Source: Clostridia bacterium (GTDB taxonomy: Bacteria > Bacillota > Clostridia > Oscillospirales > CAG-272). Taken from it: DNA of 64,000 nt. The notes below the pieces were generated by a model, which ran no database searches, was not told the DNA's origin, and worked only from the letters and a program-made list of their open reading frames with translations. Below, piece after piece: positions 9,732 to 20,300 of this stretch (position 1 is its first letter; each line of letters opens with the position of its first letter). Made by a program: the position numbers and the translations under genes. Where the stretch lies: assembly GCA_017631325.1 (NCBI GenBank), contig JAGBTM010000008.1:33645-97644 (forward strand), given 5' to 3'.

Positions 9732-11963
9732 ATGAATATTTTTGACAAACGACCGCTTGCTTTAATACTCAGTATTTTACTCGCGGGCTTTGTCGCCGCT
9801 TCAAGCGAAGAGGTATGGCTGCGCGTGCTTGCAATTTCAGCCATACCTCTTCTGGTTTTGTTTTCCATTTTCAAAAAGCAGCATCGCGCTATACTTATAG
9901 TTTCCGCTGTTTCTCTGCTAGTTTCCGTATTCTGCTCGTATTTATATTTTGATTTTTGGTTTTATACTGAAAAGCGCTTCAAGGAAGACGTAAAAATACA
10001 GGCCGAAATTATACAGCTTTCACAAAGTGAATACGGATATAAAATGCTCTTTGATACCGATAATATAGATAGCGCACCGTTTACAAATTATACTCTTCTT
10101 TGCTACATTTCGCGAGAGGAGGCGGCGCCTCTTTCCACCGGTGACGTAATTAGCTTCAATGCGTGCATCTCGGGGTTTGAAGACTCTGAGGACTTTAACA
10201 CGAGAAGATATTACGCCTCTGATGGTGTCAATGCAAAAGCCGAAATAACGAGTGAAATCACAATACTCTCGCACAGAGAAAATATATTCAATCACTTTGC
10301 GAAAATAAGAGAGGATTTGCGTCGTAGGGCCGTGATGCAGTCCGACGAGCACAATGGAAATCTCGTTTCTGCTCTGCTACTTGGCGAGCGTGACTCACTT
10401 TCAGGACAGGTTAGGCGAGATTTCAAATACATAGGCATATCCCACACACTCGCACTTAGCGGTATGCACCTTTCGGTGCTTGTTCTGGGGCTTAGCAAGC
10501 TTCTTATGCTTATTGGCGTAGGCCGTCGCGCGCGGGACGTGCTTTCAATTGCTTTTACGCTGTGCTACCTCGTCTTTACGGGTTTGTCGGTCTCGATTAT
10601 GCGAGCCGGCTTTATGCTCATCGTTGCTTTGCTTCTTAGACTTATACACCGAGGCTCTGACGCGCTTACGAGCTTAATTGTCGCTGTCTTTATTATATGC
10701 ATTATAACACCGTATGCAATTTTTGACAGCTCGCTCTGGTTATCTGCATTTGCAACTCTCGGTCTTGTGGTTCTGAGTGAATATTCACAAATAGAAAAGC
10801 CTGGTGGCAAAAAGTCGGGTGGGCGCTTGAATTGGTTGAAGCTCATGCTACTCTCCTCGGTTTTTGCAATTTCGGTTACTATTCTTTTCTCTGCGTTAGG
10901 CTTTGGCTCTATATCGCTCGTATCACCTCTTAGCACGCTGATTTTCTCTCCCCTAATCGAGCTTATTATGTATATCGGCACCTTTATGCTTATTTTTGGA
11001 AGCATTTTGCCCATTGGCGCTCTTCTCTCACCAATCTGCCATCTTACCGAATGGCTAGCGGGCTCACTTGCGTCTATTAAATGCGTTTACCTCAGCACAG
11101 ACTTTGTGATTGTAAAAATTTTCATCGCAATACTTTTTATCCTCACGCTTTCGTTTATGCTATTTAACATCAAAAATAAATCTCGTCACGTCGCATTGTT
11201 AAGCATATTTTTCGTTTTAACCCTCTCTGTCGCATTTATACAAAACAGCGTGGAGACAAGGCGTGAGACGGTCAGCTTCGAATCCTCGACGACGAGCTCC
11301 TTTTTCCTACTTAAGAGTGAGGGTGAGGTTGGATTAATTTCAAGCGCTGTACACTCAGGCAGTGAAGAATATATGATAGCAGCATCACTCGAAAAATCGC
11401 ATATATCAACGGTGGATAAATTCTACGTAACCCATTACTCATTTGGACTTCCGTATTATCTCGAAGCCATACTCAAAAGATGCGACGTCCGGCAAATCAT
11501 TTTGCCCACGCCACGTTCAAGCGATGAAGAGGCACTCCTGAAGCTTGTTAGAAATACTCTTTACGATTACAGAATAACTGTAACTTTTAATGAAAACAAC
11601 GAACAAATAGCGCTTGGCTCACTTAAAATCACTCCAATATACTCCTCTCGGTTTGACCAAGACGTGCGCTGTGCGTATAATATAGATAAGGACGGTAATA
11701 CCGTCACCTATCTCAGTTCGGGAATGCTTATGGACGACGTGCGCTCTCTTTCAGAACAGCATCTTCTTAAAACAGATATTGCGGTGCTTGGCTCAACGGG
11801 TGTAAAATACCAAAACAACGTGTATATGGACACTCCCTATCCCTCACTCAACAAGCTAATCATATCGTCTAAAAAGGTGTATCTTACACAAAGCGTCAAG
11901 CGTTATTATATCAGCACCGGAAGTGAGGTAATAATGCACCCCGAGAAAATCGAATTGTTATAA
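9732..11963 (+). CDS. comEC: ComEC/Rec2-family DNA internalisation channel protein
   Basis: The 743-aa product has an N-terminal TM plus OB-like segment and a central polytopic competence domain (ISHTLALSGMHLSVL). The C-terminal lactamase-like region is present but lacks an HxHxDH motif. Confidence 0.85.
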   Translation: MNIFDKRPLALILSILLAGFVAASSEEVWLRVLAISAIPLLVLFSIFKKQHRAILIVSAVSLLVSVFCSYLYFDFWFYTEKRFKEDVKIQAEIIQLSQSEYGYKMLFDTDNIDSAPFTNYTLLCYISREEAAPLSTGDVISFNACISGFEDSEDFNTRRYYASDGVNAKAEITSEITILSHRENIFNHFAKIREDLRRRAVMQSDEHNGNLVSALLLGERDSLSGQVRRDFKYIGISHTLALSGMHLSVLVLGLSKLLMLIGVGRRARDVLSIAFTLCYLVFTGLSVSIMRAGFMLIVALLLRLIHRGSDALTSLIVAVFIICIITPYAIFDSSLWLSAFATLGLVVLSEYSQIEKPGGKKSGGRLNWLKLMLLSSVFAISVTILFSALGFGSISLVSPLSTLIFSPLIELIMYIGTFMLIFGSILPIGALLSPICHLTEWLAGSLASIKCVYLSTDFVIVKIFIAILFILTLSFMLFNIKNKSRHVALLSIFFVLTLSVAFIQNSVETRRETVSFESSTTSSFFLLKSEGEVGLISSAVHSGSEEYMIAASLEKSHISTVDKFYVTHYSFGLPYYLEAILKRCDVRQIILPTPRSSDEEALLKLVRNTLYDYRITVTFNENNEQIALGSLKITPIYSSRFDQDVRCAYNIDKDGNTVTYLSSGMLMDDVRSLSEQHLLKTDIAVLGSTGVKYQNNVYMDTPYPSLNKLIISSKKVYLTQSVKRYYISTGSEVIMHPEKIELL

Positions 11964-12043
11964 AAGCACAACGCTTTTTAGCCTTTTTATAAATTCTTCC
12001 AGACCATAATACTTCATTAAACTTAAATTAGCTCTATAAAACT

Positions 12044-12072
12044 AAAAAACCGCAGGTAAACTGCGGTTTTTT
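12044..12072. terminator. Bidirectional intrinsic terminator between convergent comEC and adh
   Basis: AAAAAACCGCAG-gtaaa-CTGCGGTTTTTT forms a perfect 7-bp GC-rich stem flanked by A and T runs. Confidence 0.75.
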
Positions 12073-12115
12073 CTTGAAATATCCTCGCCTCGCCTTGATT
12101 TTTACGCTACTTTAA

Positions 12116-13279
12116 TCAGTAGCAGGCCTTGAGTATATTAAGCATTTCCTCGTGCGAAAGCTTTTTGTAGCCACCGCCCTCTTCTACGGAGTAGGCGATT
12201 TTTGGAAGCATTTCTTCCTTTGCCCCAAGCTCTCTTAAGCTTTTAGGTATTCCAAGCTCGTCCGAGAAGCTCTCAAGCGCTTTGATACCCTCGAGCGCTA
12301 TCTGTTCGTCCGTCTTACCGGTGGCGGAGGCGCCCCATACGTTAGTAGCGAAGCGCACGAATTTTTTAAGGCCGTATTTATAGATATATCTGTAATACGG
12401 AATGGATATCACCGCAAGACCAAGGCCGTGCGGACAGTCCGTATATGCACCGAGCTGATGCTCTATGCCGTGAACCTGCCAATCCTGAGTTTTGGATAGT
12501 CCCACGAGATTGTTAAGCGCCACGGTAGCGCACCACATAATATTGCTTCTGGCCTCGTAATCAAGTGGGTTGTTTATAGCCGCCCTTGCACTTAAAATAA
12601 GCAATTTCATAACGGCTTCAATTAAATAATCCGAGGTATTCTCGTCATCGCCCGAAAAATATTGCTCGCACAGATGCGACATTACGTCGAATATTCCGCT
12701 AACCATCTGCATTTTCGGAACTGAGTAGGTGAATTCGGGATTAAGTATAGAAAACGCAGGATAAAGCTCGGCAGAAAAAACTCTGCCCTCTTTAATCATG
12801 GTGCTTTCGTTAGTTATAACCGAGCCACCGTTCATTTCCGAGCCTGTACCTGCCATAGTTAGAACGGCTCCTATTGGAACGACCTCGTTATCAAGCGGGC
12901 GAAAATCCACCCAATACTTCTGCCACGGGTCGCTCTCGCAAAAGGCGGAGGCAGATATTGCCTTGGCGCAGTCGATAACCGAGCCACCGCCAACGGCTAG
13001 TATCAAATCGATATTATTCTCGCGCACGAGCCTTGCACCCTCAAGCACCTGAGAATACGAGGGATTTGGCTTTATACCGGAAAGCTCGGTTACGTTCTTT
13101 TTTGCCCTGCTTAGAATTTCCCTCACCCTGTCGTAAAGGCCGATTTTCTTAATAGAGCCCTTACCGTACAGAAGCAGTACGCCTTTGCCATATCGGTTCA
13201 GCTCGCCCTCGAGCTTATCCAAGGCGTCCTTACCGAAATGCACGCGCGTGGGATTATAATAGGTAAAATCGTATTTCAT
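12116..13279 (-). CDS. Iron-containing (group III) alcohol dehydrogenase, butanol-dehydrogenase/YqhD-like
   Basis: The 387-aa product has the Fe-ADH signature GGGSVIDCAK and conserved metal-binding His residues (HGIEHQLG, CPHG). Confidence 0.9.
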   Translation of the reverse strand: MKYDFTYYNPTRVHFGKDALDKLEGELNRYGKGVLLLYGKGSIKKIGLYDRVREILSRAKKNVTELSGIKPNPSYSQVLEGARLVRENNIDLILAVGGGSVIDCAKAISASAFCESDPWQKYWVDFRPLDNEVVPIGAVLTMAGTGSEMNGGSVITNESTMIKEGRVFSAELYPAFSILNPEFTYSVPKMQMVSGIFDVMSHLCEQYFSGDDENTSDYLIEAVMKLLILSARAAINNPLDYEARSNIMWCATVALNNLVGLSKTQDWQVHGIEHQLGAYTDCPHGLGLAVISIPYYRYIYKYGLKKFVRFATNVWGASATGKTDEQIALEGIKALESFSDELGIPKSLRELGAKEEMLPKIAYSVEEGGGYKKLSHEEMLNILKACY

Positions 13280-13304
13280 TGTTCACCTCATTAAGCTGAT
13301 ATTC

Positions 13305-13337
13305 TGAAAAGAACCCCTTGCCGTATGCTAGGGGCTC
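13305..13337 (-). terminator. Intrinsic terminator downstream of mrp
   Basis: On the minus strand, GAGCCCCT-loop-AGGGGTTC is followed by TTTTC. Confidence 0.55.
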
Positions 13338-13345
13338 TTTGCTTT

Positions 13346-14167
13346 TTAGCCTAGTGTTTTTTCGATAGTGTCTGCAGCACGCTCGAGATAATCACCCTCG
13401 AAAAGCTCAATTACACCCTTGTCGCAAAGTGATGCAAGCTCGGGGTCTATCGGAAGCTTTGCCATAACCGGTATGCCGTGCGCCTCGGAAAGCTTGTCAA
13501 TATTGCTCTCTCCGTAGGGCTTGATCACCTTACCGCAGTCGGGACAAAGAATGTAGCTGTAGTTTTCTACAAGACCAAGCACCTTAACGTCCATAAGCGA
13601 GGCCATATTAACAGCCTTTTCAACTATCATTGAAACGAGCTGCTGGGGGCTGCTGACTATTATAATGCCGTCAAGCGGGAGGCTCTGGAATACCGTAAGG
13701 GGTACGTCACCCGTTCCGGGAGGCATGTCAACGAACATATAGTCTACCTCGTTCCAAACAACATCGCTCCAGAACTGCTTTACAGTTCCTGCGATAACAG
13801 GCCCGCGCCATACAACAGGCTTAGTTTCGTCATCGATAAGCAAATTTACACTCATTACCTCGATGCCCGTTTTGGTCTTTGGGGGTAGCATTCCAAATTC
13901 GCTTCCCTCAACTATTCCGGCCTTAAGGCCAAAGGCCTTGGGGATAGAGGGACCCGTGATATCCGCATCAAGTATTGCTGCCTGATATCCGCGTCTCTGC
14001 ATTGTAACAGCAAGCATAGAGGTGACAAGCGATTTGCCGACACCGCCCTTTCCGCTGACTACACCGATTACGCGCTTTACTCGGCTGAGCTTGTTAGAAG
14101 GCGCAAGAAGCGACTCCTTTGAGCATTTCTGCGAGCAGCTTGAACAGTCGTGATTACATTCTGCCAT
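13346..14167 (-). CDS. Mrp/NBP35/ApbC-family Fe-S cluster carrier ATPase
   Basis: The 273-aa product has a deviant Walker A GKGGVGKS, a CPDCG motif and a Cys-rich N-terminus (CNHDCSSCSQKC). Confidence 0.9.
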   Translation of the reverse strand: MAECNHDCSSCSQKCSKESLLAPSNKLSRVKRVIGVVSGKGGVGKSLVTSMLAVTMQRRGYQAAILDADITGPSIPKAFGLKAGIVEGSEFGMLPPKTKTGIEVMSVNLLIDDETKPVVWRGPVIAGTVKQFWSDVVWNEVDYMFVDMPPGTGDVPLTVFQSLPLDGIIIVSSPQQLVSMIVEKAVNMASLMDVKVLGLVENYSYILCPDCGKVIKPYGESNIDKLSEAHGIPVMAKLPIDPELASLCDKGVIELFEGDYLERAADTIEKTLG

Positions 14168-14193
14168 GGTTTATTTCTCCTTTTTTGCGATTG

Positions 14194-16479
14194 TCAAATT
14201 GTTTCAATAAAAATATCATCATCACGAACGCCAAGCGATACTCCAAGTATCTTAGTGCCGTAATTCTCTATAAAGAGTGATGCGAGCTTATCCTCTATAT
14301 GCGTTTCGATAAAGCGGCGCATGTTTCTTGCGCCGTATTTTTGCGAATAGGATTTCTCTGCAATTAAATCAAGAACCTCACTCGACCAGTAAAGCTTAGT
14401 TCCGCTTTCCAAAAGATGTGCTTTTAGCTTATCAAGCATAATATCGGCAATTTTAACGAAGTCCTCTTTATCGAGGTGACGGAATGTGATAATCTCGTCT
14501 ATGCGGTTAATGAACTCGGGACGAAGGAAGGTGGAAAGCGCCTTTTCGGTCTTTTCCTTTGACTTAAGCTCTCTGTGCTCTGCAAAGCCCGAAACCGACG
14601 AGGAGGTTTCACTACCCGCGTTGGTCGTCATTATAATCACAGTATTCTCAAAATTTACCTGACGGCCCTGAGCGTCGGTAATTTTACCGTCGTCAAGAAC
14701 CTGCAGAAGAATATTGAGAACGTCGGGGTGCGCCTTCTCTATTTCGTCAAAGAGCACCACTGAGTAGGGTCGTCTGCGTATTTTCTCGGTAAGCTGTCCT
14801 GCCTCATCGTAGCCGACGTATCCGGGAGGCGCGCCTACAATTCTGGATACCGAATGCTTCTCCATAAACTCGGACATATCAAGCCTTATAAGTGACTCGG
14901 GCTGCTTAAAGAGGTCGGACGCCAAAACCTTTACAAGCTCGGTTTTACCTACACCCGTCGGTCCTGCAAATATCATAGACACGGGATTTTGTCTGTATGA
15001 AACGCCTGCTCTTTTGCGCTTAATTGCTCTGACAACGGCACACACGGCCTCGTCCTGACCTATAATCTTTGAGGAAATACGCTCGTGGAGTCCGTTAAGC
15101 TCGGACACCTCGCCAACGCTAAGCTCGGATGCCGGAATACCCGTCCATATCTCGATAACTTTGAGCAAATCGTCAGAGGTAAGAGAAAGTCCGTCGGCCA
15201 CGGGCGAGATAATCTTCTGCCTGGTTTCAAGCCTTATCCTCTCGGATTTGAGGTCTGCAAGCTCCTTGTAGTTTTCCTCGGTCTGCCCCTCGGCAGACTC
15301 CGTTTTAGCTTCAAGCTCCGCAGTTTTTAGATCGATGGCCGAAAGCCTTTTTTCATTCTTTCTTTTCTCGTTGAGCTCGGGTGATGAGAGCGCTGCCTTA
15401 GCGCAGGCCTCGTCTATAAGGTCTATTGCCTTATCGGGCAAAAATCTATCGGTTATATATCTCTCGGAGAGCACCGCGGCAAGGCGAGCGACCTCGTCGG
15501 TTACCTCGACAGAGTGGAAGCCCTCGTAATACTTTTTTATACCCCTGATAATATCAACCGTTTCCTCAACCGAGGGCTCTTCGACCTTGACGGGCTGAAA
15601 TCTTCTCTCAAGCGCAGTGTCCTTCTCTATACACTTTCTGTATTCCTTGAGTGTGGTTGCGCCGATAACTCTGATTTCACCGCGCGAGAGTGCGGGCTTT
15701 AGAAGGTTCGCCGCGCTCATACTGCCGTCCGAGGTTTCGCCTGCTCCTGCGATATTGTGCACCTCGTCTATCATAAGAATGATATTTCCTGCGGCCTTGA
15801 TTTCCTTTATAAGCCCCAAAATACGCGACTCGAACTGACCCCTGAACTGAGTTCCGGCAACAAGAGCCGTAAGGTCGAGCTGCCAAAGCTCAAAGCCCGA
15901 TATAGCGTCAGGAACTCTGCCCTCCGCTATTCTGACGGCAAGCTCCTCTACTATTGCGGTTTTACCTACACCCGGCTCGCCTATAAGACAGGGGTTGTTC
16001 TTCTGACGGCGGCAGAGTATCTGTATCATTCTGTCAAGCTCGCGGTCACGTCCGATAATTCTGTCTATATTCCCTGCCTTTGCCTTTTCGTTAAGATTGG
16101 AGCAATAGGTGGAGAGCAGCTTTTTAGAAGTGTCGGACTCGCGAGCGTCCTTTTGCTTGCGTGACTGTCCCTTATCGTTACCGGGATTCATCGGCATACC
16201 GAAAAGCTCACCTAGATTAAGCGTAGGAACCTTGCCGCCCTCACCGTCGTCGGCCTCAACAATACCACTCTCCATTATGCCGTCGATTTCCGCAGACATA
16301 TTCTGTATCGCCTCGTCGTCAATACCCATTTTCTTAAGCATATCGTTGACAGGACGTATACCAAGCTCGGACGCGCAGGAAAGACAAATCCCCTCATTTA
16401 CCGAGTTGCCGTTCTCAAGCCTGGTTATAAAGACCATCGCAGGTCTTTTTTTACATTTTGCACAAATTTGAAATTTCAT
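14194..16479 (-). CDS. clpE: Class I Clp/Hsp100 AAA+ ATPase with an N-terminal zinc ribbon (ClpE-type)
   Basis: The 761-aa product has two AAA+ modules (GEPGVGKT and GPTGVGKT). The N-terminus has CxxC...CxxC (CAKCKK...CLSCAS) in place of a ClpC-type N-domain, as described for ClpE. Confidence 0.8.
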   Translation of the reverse strand: MKFQICAKCKKRPAMVFITRLENGNSVNEGICLSCASELGIRPVNDMLKKMGIDDEAIQNMSAEIDGIMESGIVEADDGEGGKVPTLNLGELFGMPMNPGNDKGQSRKQKDARESDTSKKLLSTYCSNLNEKAKAGNIDRIIGRDRELDRMIQILCRRQKNNPCLIGEPGVGKTAIVEELAVRIAEGRVPDAISGFELWQLDLTALVAGTQFRGQFESRILGLIKEIKAAGNIILMIDEVHNIAGAGETSDGSMSAANLLKPALSRGEIRVIGATTLKEYRKCIEKDTALERRFQPVKVEEPSVEETVDIIRGIKKYYEGFHSVEVTDEVARLAAVLSERYITDRFLPDKAIDLIDEACAKAALSSPELNEKRKNEKRLSAIDLKTAELEAKTESAEGQTEENYKELADLKSERIRLETRQKIISPVADGLSLTSDDLLKVIEIWTGIPASELSVGEVSELNGLHERISSKIIGQDEAVCAVVRAIKRKRAGVSYRQNPVSMIFAGPTGVGKTELVKVLASDLFKQPESLIRLDMSEFMEKHSVSRIVGAPPGYVGYDEAGQLTEKIRRRPYSVVLFDEIEKAHPDVLNILLQVLDDGKITDAQGRQVNFENTVIIMTTNAGSETSSSVSGFAEHRELKSKEKTEKALSTFLRPEFINRIDEIITFRHLDKEDFVKIADIMLDKLKAHLLESGTKLYWSSEVLDLIAEKSYSQKYGARNMRRFIETHIEDKLASLFIENYGTKILGVSLGVRDDDIFIETI

Positions 16480-16567
16480 TGTTAATTTTCCCTGGGTTAA
16501 TTAGAAATTGTTCTTTGCTCCGTTATGAGCATTAGCGAATGACCGCGAATAGAGCCAGAGCCTTATA

Positions 16568-17254
16568 TTAGAAGCTCAAAAGAAGCTCCATCGGGCTATA
16601 TGAATTGAAGAAGCCGTAAATGAAAGTACCCTCAAACTCGGCAACTGTGGGGTTTGCGGCAAACATAGGAAGATGTACTGCATACTCAAACACGGCAACG
16701 AATGCCCACGACACGATTACCGCAAGGCAAAGGCCAAACACAGTTCCAAGAAGCTTATTAAGGAAGCCGAAAACACCGCTCTGGAAAACGAGATTTACAA
16801 ACCAAAGAGCGACCGAAAGCAGAACCTTTGAAATAAAATAAAGGATAATGAAGGCTACTATTACCGAAACGACGCTGATAACGGGGGCCGTGAGGCTCTC
16901 CACTATGGCGTCAAGAACGTTTGTTGCATTGCTTGCTACCTCGCCTATATCAATGCCGAAGATAGCGGCGGAGATTTTCAAAATCGTCGGAAGCTCTTCT
17001 CGAGCATTTGAGGAGGTAAGCCCCTCGCAGTTGGTATAAAGAAAATCCTTGATATAATTGGTTATGGGCGCTTCTATAATGGGATTTATTACGGCCGCGC
17101 CAAACGCAGAGGCGAAGCTGAATGCAATAACAAGAGCGGCAAAAAACTTAACGGGCTTTGCCGCAAGAGAAATAAATCCTCTCTTGATACCGATAATAAC
17201 GCCTGCAACGAAAAATGCCGAGATGATAATGTTGACTATAACGTTTAAAGCCAT
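16568..17254 (-). CDS. cvpA: CvpA-family membrane protein
   Basis: The 228-aa product has four or more TM helices. Its N-terminus (IIISAFFVAGVIIGIKRGFI) is typical of the CvpA family. Confidence 0.75.
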   Translation of the reverse strand: MALNVIVNIIISAFFVAGVIIGIKRGFISLAAKPVKFFAALVIAFSFASAFGAAVINPIIEAPITNYIKDFLYTNCEGLTSSNAREELPTILKISAAIFGIDIGEVASNATNVLDAIVESLTAPVISVVSVIVAFIILYFISKVLLSVALWFVNLVFQSGVFGFLNKLLGTVFGLCLAVIVSWAFVAVFEYAVHLPMFAANPTVAEFEGTFIYGFFNSYSPMELLLSF

Positions 17255-17362
17255 TTTGAAAATTTCCTTTCATAAATAATATGGTATAATTGTATCGTAA
17301 TTATTATTTTAATTAAGAAAGCTTTTAAAAGCTGCAATTAGAGTTAAGGATATTAAAGGCCG

Positions 17363-20300
17363 TCACTTTAAAATGACGTTTTCCGGTGAGAAAAGTGATG
17401 ATAGCTTTGATATAACCTTATCGCTCGGGTCAACGAGCGCTCCCTTGAGTGCCGAATATTTCTTAGTGCTCTCGTCATAAAGAACTATCTGAGCGTTACC
17501 TCTGTTGAGAGCAGATATTCTGTACAAAGTATCAATGCGCTTATCCGAGAGCGACGCGACCTTTACAAAGAGGCGCTTTTCGGGTGAGAGAGGCTGAGAA
17601 TTTACCTTTTTTCTAAGCTCAAAATCGGCATTGCTCTCGAGAAGCGTTGCAGATGAGAGCAGGATTTTGGGAGCTTCACCCTCCTCAACCGATACGGTTC
17701 CCTCAATTAGAAGCGCTGCGTCCTCGGATAGTATGTCCGAGTACTGCTTATACTGTCTTGCAAAAACGAGTATTTCAATCTCGGAATACTTGTCCTCTAT
17801 CTTGAGAAAGGCCATGGTATCGCCACTCTTTGTAATTTTGGTGCGCTTTGAGATAACCATACCGACTACCGAAACCTTGTCTCTGTCGTTATATCTTCGG
17901 TCGGGTGTGTCTGCTGCGTCCTCGGACAAATCTTGGAGTATATCGGCAATTTCGTCGTGAGCTACGGTGGCTATATGCTTTGAATAGTTATCTATCATGT
18001 GGCCCGAGAAATACATACCCGAGCTTTCCTTTTCAAGAAGCAAAAGCTCCTTTAGTGAGAACTCCTCGAGCTTTGGATATTCAAACTCACCCGAGGCGCT
18101 ACCTGAAACTGCAAGCGAGAACAAATCGAGCTGACCTGAAATATTGTTTCTGATTTTATCGTGCTCCGAATCAATAATGTTCTCGTAGCAGGAAATGAGC
18201 GAGGACCTTGGAACAGAGAGCGAATCAAACGCTCCGCACTTTATCATAAACTCGACGGTTCGCTTGTTTATATCAGAGCCTGTCATACGCGAAACGAAGT
18301 CGTAAAAGGATTTGAAATCTCCCTTCTTTCGCTCATTTATAAGTGCCTCGGCAAAAATTCTGCCTACGTTTTTCACTGCTAAAAGTCCAAATCTTATACT
18401 GTTACCGCTTACCGAAAAGTTTTCCTTACTAGTATTTATATCGGGAGAAAGAACCGATACGCCAAAGCGCTGTGCGTCGGCGATATACTCCTTCACCTTT
18501 GCGGTATTATCAAGAACGCTCGTAAGAAGCGCTGAAAAATACTCTGCGGGATAATGAGCCTTAAGATATGCCGTGCGATAGGATATAATTCCGTAGGCTG
18601 TGGCGTGGCTCTTATTAAAGGCGTATTTTGCAAATCCAACCATCTCGTCGAATATCTTCTCTGCCGCCTCAGTGCTAACTCCGTTGTCAACACAGCCATC
18701 AATGAATGCTGCTCGCTCGGCCTGCATAGCGTCGGTTTTCTTCTTAGACATAGCGCGACGGACGTTGTCTGCCTTGGCGTAGGAATATCCCGCAAGAAGC
18801 CTGCATATCTGCATTACCTGCTCCTGATAGACTATACAGCCGTAGGTAACCTCGAGTATAGATTTGAGGGCAGGTGTCGTGTATACTATGCTTTCTTCAC
18901 CGTGCTTACGCGCGATAAAGGTGTCTATCGAATCCATAGGACCCGGTCGGTAGAGGGCGATACACGCAATTATATCCTCAAGGCAGGTGGGAAGAAGCTT
19001 AGACAAAACCTGCTTCATTCCACCGGATTCAAGCTGGAATACACCGTCGGTCTGCGAATTTCTTAATAGCTCAAAGGTTTTCTCATCGTTAAGAGGTATT
19101 TTCGTGATATCAAAGTCGGGATTTTTTTCCCTTACGCTACGCTCAGCGTCATTTATAACCGTGAGATAACGCAGACCTAGAAAATCGAACTTTACAAGAC
19201 CGAGTCTTGCATCTGTGTTCATATCGAACTGAGTAACTACGCCCGTTCCGCTGTACGATAGGGGGACATACTCGTAGGTAGGCCTTTCGGTGATTACAAC
19301 GCCTGCTGCGTGAGTTGAGGCGTGCCTTGGCATTCCCTCAAGCTCCATACTCATATCGAGCAGCCTCTTAACCTCGGGGTCCTCGGTATAAAGTTTCTTG
19401 AGCTCTTTGGTATTTATAGCACTCTCGATGCTCAGACACTCTCTCGGTATCAGCTTGGCAATAGTATCTACCTTTCCGTAAGGCATATCGAATGCACGAC
19501 CGACGTCACGGACGGCGGCGCGAGGTGCAAGAGTACCGAAGGTTACTATCTGCGCGACCTTATCTTCACCGTATTTTTCTTTGACGTATTCTATAACCTC
19601 TTCGCGTCGGTTGTAACAGAAATCTATATCAAAGTCGGGCATCGACACACGCTCGGGATTAAGAAATCTCTCAAAGAGCAGGTCAAACTCGAGTGGGTCA
19701 ACGTCGGTAATCGACACGAGAAATGCAACCAAGCTTCCCGCGCCGGAGCCACGTCCGGGGCCTACCGGTATGCCGCTTTTTTTAGCGAAGGCCACGAAAT
19801 CGCTGACTATGAGAAAGTAGGCGTTGAAGCCCATTTTATCTATTACGGAAAGCTCGTATTCGATGCGCGCCTCGTATTCCTCACGCGCATGGCGTGAAAA
19901 ATCAATTCTTCCACTCGCGATTAGCCTCTCAAATCCGATGTAAGCGTTGTCGCGGAGAGCAGTTGCGTGGTCCTTCCCGTCGCCCGAGGTAAAATCGGGT
20001 AAATGAAGCTTGTCAAATTCAAAATCAAAATTACATTTATCTGCGATAACAACCGTGTTCTCTACCGCACCCTTGAAGGATGCAAATAGGTTTTGCATCT
20101 CGCGTGTGCTTTTAAAATAGAACTCGTCTGTTTCAAAGCCCATCGGACGCCCCTCGGAGACCGAGGTGTTTGTTTGTATGCACATAAGTGTAGCCTGCAT
20201 ATCTGCGTCTTGGCGCTCAAGATAATGCACGTCGTTAGTTGCAACCATGGGTATATCGCATTTTTCGCTGATAAGACGTATTCCGTATGCAACCTTACGC

